The notes under the pieces are model-generated. The model made no database searches and had not been told where the DNA came from. It saw only the letters and a program-made list of their open reading frames with translations. Positions 52,871-64,000 of a DNA stretch of 64,000 nt are shown here, in pieces. Each line of letters opens with the position of its first letter. The first letter of the stretch is position 1. Made by a program: the position numbers and the translations under genes. Origin of the DNA: Veleropilina oligotropha (taxonomy: Eukaryota); contig JBEUKZ010000125.1 of assembly GCA_048128005.1 (NCBI GenBank), positions 124,001 through 188,000 of the forward strand, in the 5' to 3' direction.

Positions 52871-53977
52871 GCCTGTAATCTCCCATATCAGCATCCATGT
52901 GCAATCTCACCTTGATAGAAAATTTGACCTTCTAGCCCGCGCAGCAATAGCAAATTGCACACTCTCAAATACTAAAGTGGTTTAAAAATAAAATTCAATA
53001 ACAATATTATTTCTAGTGAGAGAACTGTGACATTTTGGGATTAAAAACCTTCTAAAGCGGTTTTGATACCGTCGAATTGTCGAAGATTTAACGAGAAAGT
53101 ATCTTCTATTTTCCTGTGTCATGCTTCAGTGCCGAGTTTCCTTTTCTGTCGTATAACATAATCGCCTTCAGGCCTTTCGATGCCCCTTTGCCGAAAACCG
53201 ATACGACAAGCTGTTTATACGCAACCGCAGGTGTTTAGATTGTGGGTGGGGCGGCGGATCGTTAACACAGGTAAACGCGATTCACAAACACTGTAGTGGT
53301 AAGTGTATACAAATAAATCCAGCGCTCGCCTGCGATTGGGAACGACAGCGAAGAGTGGGTGAGTCAGACCCTAACAAGCCTCCGTCGACTAAGCTGACCT
53401 TTTCTTGTGTACGGACTACAGAATATACACAGATTCTGTTGGATTTGAAGGAAGACACATTGAATGGGGTCTTGATATCGATTTTAGCATACACTGAATT
53501 TTGCTAGAACGGATCAAATTTGGACACCGTTATCGATTTTGCATGCGCAACAAATTTGGGAGCAATTGCGTTTTGTTATGATATATGTTCTCATTCTTGG
53601 TCACATGATTTGGTATTTCTTATTTTTGTCTCGTTTTATGCCACCATAAAGTGACCTCGGCTGCCTCTATGGAGATAAAAACAACAAAATATCGGTGACC
53701 TCTTTTATGTAATGAAAAATAATGATCACTGCAAAACATCCAGTATTGCAAAGCCGCCCAATATGTTAAATCTACAAAACGGTACATTATAAATTTAACT
53801 TGTCTTCTATTACAGTATATAGTTTCCATTTCCACGTTTATTCTGATGCACTGCAAATGTCTGGTGGCCAGGGAGCCGAGATAACACAGGAAAAGATGCA
53901 CCAAGTTGTTAATTTGTTAGTTGCTCGTTAGGAAGACTGGCAGACTTTTTGTGTAAACCTTCTTCGCACAGACGGCC

Positions 53978-54019
53978 ATGTGTAATGTATGTAATGTAAT
54001 CGTCAGCCAGGAGGCCAAG
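53978..54019 (+). CDS. Gene 2 candidate alternative first coding exon (MCNVCNVIVSQEAK)
   Basis: gccATG, 14 codons, AAG|gtagga phase 0; possible acceptor cgcacag at 53971 and upstream donor CAG|gtaaac at 53270. Confidence 0.5.
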
Positions 54020-55411
54020 GTAGGATAGCTACCGTTTCTGTGCTGTTGGAGTTCTAGAAAAGTTGGGTTCTGGAAAATCGACAAACTGCTAGCTTAGACT
54101 GTGCGTCTGTGCTGGTTGTTAGCTGGTATGGTATGGACACAGCGGGGTGTTCAGTTGAGGCTATCGTAAATTCATGCTACTTCTATTCCTTCAATGAAAA
54201 TTTTCTAGATAGTAAATAAATTCAACTGCTATATATATATATATATATATGTAATCCTGATTATGTTATTGGATGTAGGTATATATAATATCTTTTTCGT
54301 GAATGTCATAAATGGGCGGGTATGTTTACTCGCTTATAAGCCACTTTGTACCCGGCAGACGTTCTCATCTAACTAATACATTTGATTGTTTACTGGTAGA
54401 AATCATGCATTGATGAAGTATTACGATAAACAAAATGGCGATGCTCGACTATCAGACATAATTACCGTTCTTAATTTTTTCTTATTCCAACCCTTGACTA
54501 TTAGATTCTTTCTGATGTAACTTAAATATGGATGGGAAAGCAATATATTATAATTGCTGGCTTCGTGCATCACTGTCACGTCTTCATTCAAATATCTATA
54601 TTTCCTTGCTTACTTCAGTGTGCAATACCTTTGTGCATGTGAATTGATTAGTCGAATCAATCTTAGGCTGATAGAATTCTCTTGCCTTTGATTTAAATTC
54701 CACCATCCAGCGTCTGTTGAATGCCCGGCTTCTAAATTATTTTATTAAACCTCCATCTTCATTGTCTGCGAGCTCGTAGGCCGTGTCTCCATTTGCATTG
54801 TGCGAGCCCAGCTTCCCATATTAATGCCTGAATCAATAGTAGAATTGACTGCGTTCTGACGGAAAGACTTTTCAACCCCCTCCCGAAAAGCCTTTGATCC
54901 ATTGTCAGTTTGGAGAAGATTAATTATATTTAAATTCTCCGCCGACCAATGAGACACTAGGAAACAGGTGTTGTGTCTGGACCCTTGGTTTGGGCGTGGA
55001 TCTGCGTTGGTGGGGAGAGGAGTCTTTAATAATCATCTCACAACGCGAGCCATCTGCCCAGATTTCTGTGCACGAGAAGTTGTGGAGTTACAGTTTGAAG
55101 TGATTCCCTACAGGAATGTGCAAACGACTGCAATTACTTTAATCCCAAGCCATTGTTATGTAGATTAATTGCGGCGTGTGCCCTAACAACAAAGACGTAT
55201 ATCTGGTCTTGTGCTGAGGGATTGTTCCATTCACTGTGTGCGTTCACCTGTGAAAGCATGTGCCTGGGGCAATGCACGATCGACTGAGAGGCCAGCGAGT
55301 AGTGGCTGTGTGATGGAATGATACATGCGGATGCAGGTCAATGCAAAACCGTTTCCCTGCTACAATCTTCGGACTAATAATCGCTATACACCGGTGTACC
55401 ACCGATACTAA

Positions 55412-55453
55412 ATGGTGGTACCCTTGGACATAGACGATTATGTCATGGGAAAG
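55412..55453 (+). CDS. Gene 2 candidate alternative first coding exon (MVVPLDIDDYVMGK)
   Basis: aaATGG, 14 codons, AAG|gtatgt phase 0, at the end of a GC-richer block with CCAAT (near 54946) and a GC-box-like gggcgtgg. Confidence 0.5.
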
Positions 55454-56379
55454 GTATGTAGGCTTTATGAGAGTGTATTATCATATTGATTACCCCGGTT
55501 TGGGGCTATTAACTGACTGTGGAGTTTGAATTCTCTTTGTCCAGAGCTCCACGGTGCACCTGCCGTCTGTTGTATGGACCACTATTGATCTTAGCAAATA
55601 TTCTAGATTTGAAAATTTGGGTCAAGCTTTTTTTATGACATAGCACTTTTAGGGAAAGAATGTTTCTTTTTTTTAAACAGCAACTCTACATGTTTTTATA
55701 TTAAACTTCAGTTATACATATTGTATTTATACATTTCTGTTAGTGGTTAAATTTGATACACTATATGATTTATTCCCATTGAAATTAAGTTTATATAAAT
55801 ACAAGAACAAAAAATGATTACATATCACTTTTTGGATAATTGTTGGTAAATTGTGAAAGTATTTTAAAATCTGAAATTTACAGATGTTGAGTATCGTGTA
55901 ATCATTATCTATTAATCAAAATGTATAATTACTATCGTTATAATAGAAGTAAAAGTCATGTGCTTTAATTTAGTTAATTAGATGTAGTTTCAAAGAAAAT
56001 GTCATTTAATTATTTTGCAACTTTGACGATTCACGATTGTGTAAAATTTGCTAGAATTAATCATTATATCATGGTATCTGTCAAGAATTTACAACAATTG
56101 GCAAGAAGATGACATCGCCTTTTAATTTTTCTATGATCATAAAGATGTTATAACACAAAAGTTATTAATTTAAATTGTCAAGATTAATTTAGTTAAAACA
56201 ATATTATGTTTTGTGGTGATTGTCAATCATTTGCATAGTACACTATCTTATGAAATTGCAGAATATAATATAACTTTTAAAAGCTACTATTGAATTGAGC
56301 ATTATATGCCATAACTGTTTGTTGTTCTCATAAAATTTGAATCATTTGATTTTATGACCACATTTTAACATTATTTCAG

Positions 56380-56404
56380 TCGGATTTAAACAAAAGTTGT
56401 CATG
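56380..56404 (+). other. Candidate 25-nt exon ending in ATG|gtgagt
   Basis: ttatttcag acceptor and consensus gtgagt donor. Confidence 0.45.
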
Positions 56405-56502
56405 GTGAGTGGTTTTGATATGAAAACTGGCTACTTCCCGGTGCAACATAACCATTCACGGACATCATGACGTCTTGTTATTATTTTAAAAATCACACAG
56501 TT

Positions 56503-56606
56503 GCATAAGGTGGGCACAGTTGATGGAGAACGTTATTTAATTCAAAACGGACAGCATAAGGTGGGCACAGTTGATGGAGAACGTTATTTAATTCAAAACG
56601 GACAGC
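56503..56606. repeat. Exact 51-bp tandem duplication
   Basis: gcataaggtgggcacag...aaacggaca x2. Confidence 0.95.
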
Positions 56607-56817
56607 CCGACTGGAGGTGGTGCTCACTTATACCTACTATATCAATTTTTGTAAAAGATAGATGCTGTTGTGTGAGTAGTTTTGACTACAATGAGATACT
56701 TAGGTTGCCTCTAGATCATAACCGTGTGTGATGTTTTCGATGCATAACTGTTAGATTTTGGTTGACATTTAATCATGATATTAAATCGAGCAGTTTAGTT
56801 GTCTCTCATAGTTCACC

Positions 56818-57378
56818 TTTTTAGCTCGGCAGTGACATAGTCAGTAGAGCTTTACTGACACCGCTTTGTCCGGCATACGTACGTACGTCCATCCGGCATC
56901 TATTTTTGATTTGTAATGTGAATATCTTCAAAACTGTCCAGATATTAACTTTTTTTTTACTTTGGTATGAGCTTTCCTTATGATGTTATGAACATGAAAT
57001 TATTAGAAAATTCTGTCACGGTTTTTCTAAAATTTACATTTTTGGACTTAGAAAATACTTCAAATGTGAATATCTCCGAAACTGTCGGATAACTTTTTTT
57101 CTTAATTGGCATGAGCTTTCCTTATGATGTGTTTAACTTAAGAATATCCTGTGAATATTAGAAAAATGTACGTTCCAGTTTTGCTGAAATTTGCAATTTG
57201 TACTTTGTCAAGACAGCTAGCCTGCATATTGGTATGCTATCACATGGAGAAATGCTGCCCAAATTTCTAGTTGTTCGACTAAGAACGAGTTGCCCTGTAA
57301 ACCTCGCCAGCCAGGTATGGACAATTATGACTGTTAACTGAACCATTCGAGCCAACTCTAAGCTATCGGCACTCGTCC
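56818..57378 (+). mobile_element. HINE-like element
   Basis: ttttagctc..gagct 5' hairpin, (ACGT/CGTC) microsatellite, internal duplicated unit, 3' cgagcca subTIR-like motif. Confidence 0.6.
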
Positions 57379-58009
57379 AAACCGTCGAGTTAAAATATGT
57401 ATCCGCATATTATTATTAGTTGAGCCGTTTACAGAGAAACTATTGTATGGAGGCTGTCTGTGTGGTATGTCCACGATGACTTTACATGGCTCAACTATGC
57501 TTCCTCTCGGATGCGCTTGTTGTAGTATAAATTTAAAATAATACATTTGTTTGTTTACTTTGTGATTCTGAAAAGCATGCATTAACAATATCAACCGACT
57601 ATTCAACTAAATTGGAATTCCTTTTCTATGATGAAGTACCAGGGGTAAACATTTGGCAGGGGTCACATATAGATCAAGTGCCCCGCATTCCATATATATA
57701 TTGACTTGCAAGGCAACTAGAGTATGTTTGCTCAATATGTATATCCGGCATATCTGAATTTAACATGACAGATTTGAAATTAAAATAATATTTTAGTATT
57801 TTCTTTGATTTATAGGAGTTTAGTAGCAGTAGCCTTTTGTATATCTTTTTGTATGTGCAAATATTATATAATGGACTTATGTCCGAGTATGGTGTCTTAG
57901 AGAATGTAAATATCACCTATTTAAGTAACTGGCCCCTCGGAAAATTACGGGTTGGTCCGCTCATTAGGCATTGTTTGAATGTGTAGTAAAAAATACAGAA
58001 AATATCTCA

Positions 58010-58525
58010 GTAACATTGAAATTGCTGCCAAAGAAACATTTCAAATATTGATTTCAGGAAACAACTGAAGCTGGTAATTTTAACGTGACATGAATGAAAT
58101 ATTGCACCAAATGCAACGTTATATTGCATCATAAAATCTGGATACGCTTTCCGAATCGGATCATCTTTGAGGAGGATCAAGTCTAGGTTGGATTCTATCT
58201 TGTGTAAAAAAATTGAGGAAATCTGACCAATGTTTGTTGAGACATGCTCGCAGACAGACCATGCGCAAACCTGAAATTGCATCATAAAATCCGAATACAC
58301 TTTCCGAATCAGATCATTTTGAGGAGGACAGAGGGTAGGGTGGACCCTATCTCGTGTACAGGCCGAGTGTAAGGTAGACCCTATCCTGTGACGGTGTATG
58401 GACCGGGAGTGGACCCTATCTCGTGTACAAAAATTGAGTAAATCGGATCAATGGTTGTTGAGATATGCTCAAGGACGGACAGACAGGCAAACCGACCCAA
58501 TTGCAATACCATCTCCCACCTCTAC
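58010..58525 (-). mobile_element. HINE-like element; related + strand copy near 5040-5225
   Basis: ccctatctcgtgtacaaaaattgagtaaatcgg is the reverse complement of about 5106-5140; (GACA/GACG) microsatellite; internal repeats. Confidence 0.6.
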
Positions 58526-58549
58526 ATGGGCTACGGTAATGATCAATAA

Positions 58550-59326
58550 TTATGCCCCCACAAACGAAGTTTAGGGGGAGCATATATAGGAGTCTGCTTG
58601 TCTGCCGGTCGGTCTGTTGCAAATTCCGATTCCACTCCATATCTCCGATACTAATTTGCCTAGGGACACCAAACATGTTGTGTGCATGCGTCATAACCCA
58701 AAGGTGTGTCACATACAGAAAATAGGACACCGCAACCTACTTTTCATGTTTGACTGCACTTAATTCAAAATTCCCTTCCGCTCCATATCTCCAACTATTT
58801 GACCGAGGGACACGAAACTTCATGTGTGCATGCGTCATAACCCAAAGGTGTCGCGTACTTAAAGTAGGTCACTGTGACCTTTTCATGCTAGACTGCACTT
58901 GATCTATAATTCCCTTCCGCTCCATATCTCCCATACTATTGACCGTTGGACATGAAACTTGATGCGTGTATGCGTCATAACGCAAAGGTGTGTCATGTAC
59001 ACAAAATAGGTCACAGCGACCTACTTTTCAGACTTGACCGCATTTGGTCCAAAATCCCTTCTGCTCGATATCTCCCATACTATTTGACCGAGGGACACGA
59101 AACTTGATGTTGTTATGCGCCATAACCCAAATATGTGTCGCATACCAAAAGTAGGTCACCGCGACCTACATTTCGCGCTTGATCGCGTTTGGTCCAAAAT
59201 TCCCTTCCGCTCCATATCTCCCATACTTTCTTACCGAGGGACATGAAACTTGTGTATGCAACAGCCTGTTCTTGGGTCAAACGCTTTCGTGGGGAAATAT
59301 GATCACTCATATGATATCTCTAGTTA
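58550..59326 (+). mobile_element. HINE-like element with ~4.5 tandem ~143-bp units
   Basis: 5' atgccccc..gggggagcat hairpin, gtct/gtcg microsatellite, repeated ctccatatctcc..gggacacgaaactt unit, 3' ctctagtt. Confidence 0.78.
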
Positions 59327-60432
59327 ATCATGTAATTGGAAGGTTCGCTTATACCTTTGTGTACATTTATTTACAGATGCATAATGCACAATTTAGCCTA
59401 CTCAATTCTGAATTGCACACGTGACGAACACACTGTCTCTTTGTCACACATGCACACCTGTGTCCAATCACTGGGTCTCTCAGTTTTTGGAATGACAGTT
59501 ATCTCATCTGCTATCTGACCAGTTGATCATCTTTGTTGTTTCAATGAATCCATGCATGCAACATGCCTTTGAACAGCCTAGCAACAGATGTGACAGGGGC
59601 CAAGATAACATCAGATCCTCATTTCGTTCAGTCTAAACCAGTTAGAAGAGATTCACAATGAAATATCTACCTGGTCCATTTGTCTCACGAATTTTATATC
59701 CTTGAACCAAAAACCATTAATCACCAAATTACTGAGACTTGGTATTTCTGGTGGACCACTAAATCTATTCAAAGATCATATTTTCACTTATAAATGCGAT
59801 ATCAATTTAAATACCATTGCCTGTAATACATTGCTGACCAGTACATGTGTTAGAGATTCTCGAATGTCATGGTAACGATGTCAAAGAATTCCAACAACCA
59901 AATATCTTGCTGCTTCATATTAAAATGTAGCTGGAAAATTATTATATCTCTATTAAGTGAGTGCGAAGTGAAGCGGATAAAAGACTCCAAATTCTAAATT
60001 ATATAGGTCAAGAACAAATGTTGTGGCTGTTGCTATCCACTCATAATTATAGTAAACAAATTATCTATCAACTCAGAATTATTTTGTTGTGTCGATCTGC
60101 TTAATAATTGGGTTTAACAAACCCTTTTTTGCAATTTTTATGTTGATTTAAACTAATTAGTACATCGGATGCGCAACATATTGTTGAGGTGAAAATGAAA
60201 ATGGCCTAATGTTTTCTGATATCCCAAATATATAATGTTGTTTGCTTGCTAAATGAAATTAAAAGGTTTCTAATAGATGTAGATCCTGTGTAATATTCAA
60301 TTATTGTCGTTGAGCATTAATTTGCGCATCAAACATTTTACCGCCGGTATCCGGTTTCATATGTTGAAAATTCCTATAATGAGTATTGCAGGTGTTGTTT
60401 GAGTTGAAGTTCAATAATTTCACTTGCACCGA

Positions 60433-61186
60433 AATTTATTTACGAGCACATGACATTGTGTTGATGTCAGTTGACTGGATTCAACTGAAAAAAATAAAAA
60501 CTTCCTCTAAATGTACAATTTTGAGTTGAAGTTCTATAATTTCACTTGCACCGAAATTTCATCCTCAACTTTGCATGAAATGGTGTTTTATAAACTATCA
60601 GCTGCAACAGCTTTATTGAGCTTTGTATCTGATGTCCTAAACCGAAACCATCTCATGTCGAAGATGTGTTATTAATGGATTTTACGCAACAGTTATTAAT
60701 GAGTTTGTGTCAGCGTCCGCCTGTGTAGTTAGTTATTATTAATGGGTTATAATCTCAGCAATACAAGATATGTTCATTTGAACACAGATGTACAGCAATT
60801 TAATTCACTTGCAAAGGAGATATGTTATTAATATTATAAAAGTTGAAACGTATATTTGATATTTATTCTTGAATGAAAATGAGTATTTTATTTCAATTTT
60901 ATATAAAATACATTGATTAATAGCTATATGCACTCATTTTCCATGAAATAAATGTTAGCCTGAACATGTCAAAATGTTTGAAAATTTAATTTGAAATTTT
61001 TTTAACTTTAATCAACCAGTGCAATAATGAAAATTATCTAACTATTTGACATATTTAGTATATTAAAAAAAAGTAAAATTTTGGTGGTTTCAAACAAAAA
61101 TTGTACATTTAGAGGAAGTTTTTATTTTTTTCAGTTGAATCCAGTCAACTGACATCAACACAATGTCATGTGCTCGTAAATAAATT
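60433..61186. repeat. Exact 90-bp inverted repeat (60433-60522 and 61097-61186); left arm flanked by a ~40-bp direct repeat
   Basis: Base-by-base reverse-complement match; direct repeat at 60398-60437 and 60520-60559. Confidence 0.93.
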
Positions 61187-61318
61187 GATATTTATGACCC
61201 TAAATAAATGTCCAGGCTTTGACCACAACATCTGACCATCATTGGTGCTAAAGGCAATAGCTGTTTAATTGTAGTGGACAGCCTGTCAATGTTTGAACAA
61301 AGGGCTGAAATTTGAAAC

Positions 61319-61397
61319 TGACCAATCAATGGAGAGGTTGAACCCTGAGGCTGGCTGATGACCAATCAGTGGAGAGGTTGAACCCTGGGGCTGGCTG
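61319..61397. repeat. 40-bp tandem duplication containing CCAATCA
   Basis: tgaccaatca(a/g)tggagaggttgaaccctg(a/g)ggctggctg x2. Confidence 0.9.
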
Positions 61398-62475
61398 CAA
61401 CCCAGTCCTATTCTGTTGCACAAGCATATGGCCAGGGTTTGGTACTGCATGCTTAATTAAGCACCGCTAATTACTGAAAGCATTCATCACAAAAGTGTGG
61501 CAGCAATCCTCTTATGTTGTTATCCCCAACATGTAAAGCTATTTATACATCATTAATTTGAGATGGTCATGCATCAAATTGTTAACCCCAGCCTTGATTC
61601 TGACCCCTTTGGTTCAGCTATTATCTGCTGGTCAACTTTTTAAGAGGACTTCAAAGGCTTAAGGCCATGAACTGACCACTGTTGTCCACTAACAACTGTT
61701 TACACAGGTGTTTATCACTAATTATTCTGAAGTTAATTTAGGAGACAAAGAACACCAAAGGTCATATTCTTTAGATTACTGACCCAAATAGATGGCCTTA
61801 TATTTATAGTTGCATGCAGACATAGATATAGATCTTCGTTTTCAGTTCATAATTTTGATTTTAAAAAGTTTGTGGAATTTAAAATTAAGATGGTCAAATT
61901 TGGCCTGCTATGATTATAAGTGATACCAGTCTCACAAGCTGAGCACGTCGATGTCAATGTTGGCAGAGGTGAAAAATTTCAATCGCCAATGTAGTTTTTC
62001 TTTTTTCAAATTTTTAAGGCATGCATACCAGCCTGAAAATTCATGCTGCATTCAGAGTAATGATGAAATAATTCATATCGTAAATATTTCGCTTGAACAT
62101 TAACGTTCAAAGCTGTTCATAATTGGATTGCGATATATTGGATATTTTACATAATATTCTGTTTATATTCTGTAAATAATGAAACCAGACAAAAGGATTT
62201 AACTGATTCTAAATATATTTTGTGACATGCATGTTCAATTTTTCACGTTGATCTTGTCTGGGAGTGCTCTAAATGGAGGCTATATCTCTGGGGAGAATAC
62301 CGCTCAACCCACCACACCCCTAATGGGACAATCGTCCATTAGAAAGTCTGGCAATAATTTGTATTAATAACTACCATTTATGATATTATTATTAAGTAAG
62401 AAAATATTTTTATTGTTAGATGAATACATTGTGAACCAGTTGCTATCAGCTTCTGTACACGCTCTGTTATTGAGC

Positions 62476-62675
62476 GCTAATGCGAACAGTTGTGGGTTCA
62501 ATACCTGGCTGAGGCATTGAAATTTGTTCAAGTTATGAATCACAGTTGTCCGTGACTGGCCGAAGAGGGCGGGTTTACCCGGGCGACCGGGGTTTCCTCC
62601 CGCGATAACACGGACATGTCCTGCCTTGAACCTCGATGTTGTAAATATACAGGACATTAAGCATCATTCCTCCTC
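62476..62675 (+). mobile_element. 5'-truncated copy of the young SINE at 51320
   Basis: Near-identical body; 12-bp TSD ctgttattgagc at 62464-62475 and 62676-62687. Confidence 0.92.
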
Positions 62676-63016
62676 CTGTTATTGAGCAGTGATGCTCGAC
62701 ATTGTGACTACTGGCATAGGATTTTTAGTTCCTACCACTGTATGCTTGGAACTAAGCCAGATAAACTGCTGCACCCATTTGACCTTTCTCCTATTCTGTG
62801 TCGCTTTTTAATGAAGTAGTTTTACCAGTCTGACAGTAATCTGTTGTGAAAGAGAGCGATGCGTATAATTTTTTAGTTGCTGCCGTTTCACACAGACCCG
62901 TTTGCGATATCCGCGGAGTCTTCTCGTCGGTAATTGTTCCCCACTTCTTGTTGGTTGTGTATCGTATGTGTCGTTCAATCGTGCACACCTTTTTGCAAGT
63001 TGCGATAAAACAAGCC

Positions 63017-63055
63017 ATGGGCGAAACAAAGCACTCCATCCACATTAATCCCCTG
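63017..63055 (+). CDS. Gene 2 candidate alternative first coding exon (MGETKHSIHINPL)
   Basis: gccATGG Kozak, 13 codons, CTG|gtatgc phase 0, inside a CpG-rich block at about 62850-63140. Confidence 0.5.
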
Positions 63056-63479
63056 GTATGCGACTCGCACACACGCACATGACAATCGAGACCACGTCTC
63101 GCCCTCGAACAAAAGTACCTAGCCTCTTGCTATGGTCGTGGAGAGATTACGGTGTAGATTGAATTCAAGAACAAGTGCTTGATGTAGAAATCTACTTGGA
63201 AGTTAAATAATACGATATTTTATTGCGGTAACATTAGCTAAGAAAATCCTATTAGTAAGCAAAATTGTTTTAATATTAAAATCCTTATTCAATATGATGA
63301 CAATGGATACATTTGTTTTGTATAAATTACAGACATTTTTGCCCGAGTTGTGGATGCATTTATTCTTCGATATCCGTACATGTTAATTGAAGTAGCGATT
63401 AATTCTTTGTGGTGAATTTGTTTGAAATGTGGAAACATTAATAGAATAGCAGTATTTTGGAAAAAGTTACCAGCGGTAA

Positions 63480-64000
63480 TTTTTATGCCCCTCCCCCCCC
63501 AATTAATTTGGGGGGGGGGGGCATTTATATTTACCCTTGTCTGTCCTGTTCATCCATCCCGAAAACCAGTATTTGCGTGCAAGTAACTCAATTCTGCTAT
63601 AACAATGGGGGCATCTAGTTTCATTTTCGGATTCATGATTGCCGACGTGGCAGCCATTTTTATGCTATTTAGATTTACCCTTGTCCGTCTGTCCCGTCCG
63701 TCCGTGCCGAAAACCAGTATTGCGTGCAAGTAAGTCCATTCTGATATATCTCCATCTGCCTTCATGGATTGACTTGATACTTCATACACTTGCTTATCGT
63801 CATTCATACTTCGCTTCTGTGACATATCCATGTCACCCCTAAGGTCAAGGTCAAATGACTTAGCTTTTCGAACCAGTATTTGCGTAGTGCGAGTAACTCC
63901 ATTCTGCTATAACTTCGATCTGTATTCATTGATTGACTTGATACTTCATACACTTGCTTATCATCATTGGTACTTCCCTTCTGCGACTCACCCATGCCAT
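63480..64000 (+). mobile_element. HINE-like element(s) running off the window end
   Basis: ttttatgcccc..ggggcat hairpin, gtcc/gtct microsatellite, repeated aaccagtatttgcgtgcaagtaactc units and aaggtcaaggtca. Confidence 0.65.

Overview
AT-rich, repeat-dense eukaryotic (animal, probably lophotrochozoan invertebrate) genomic DNA. No prokaryotic-style genes, CRISPR arrays or rRNA are visible. Two intron-rich + strand genes are partly visible. Gene 1 is the 3' part of a secreted or extracellular cysteine-rich protein (C8 - TIL - VWC/EGF-like - C-type lectin; IgGFc-binding/zonadhesin/tectorin-like), with five phase-compatible exons at 2812-12407, one apparent GC-AG intron, and an unusual tandem array of 4-7 nt candidate micro-exons at 13517-13752. 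Gene 2 is the 5' end of an unidentified gene: CpG-rich promoter and non-coding exon near 39400-39593, first coding exon 49034-49218, and further candidate phase-0 ATG exons at 53978, 55412, 56402 and 63017. The rest is mostly nested transposons: at least seven non-autonomous CAG...CTG elements with 5-bp TSDs (hAT5-like), three TTAA Kolobok-like elements, a decayed Tc1, a Harbinger derivative, Helentron-associated (HINE-like) elements with ~143-150 bp arrays, L2, RTE and CR1-like LINE fragments, several tRNA-derived SINE families, three minisatellites and several local duplications or templated insertions. All family names come from recognising motifs by eye; no database search was run.
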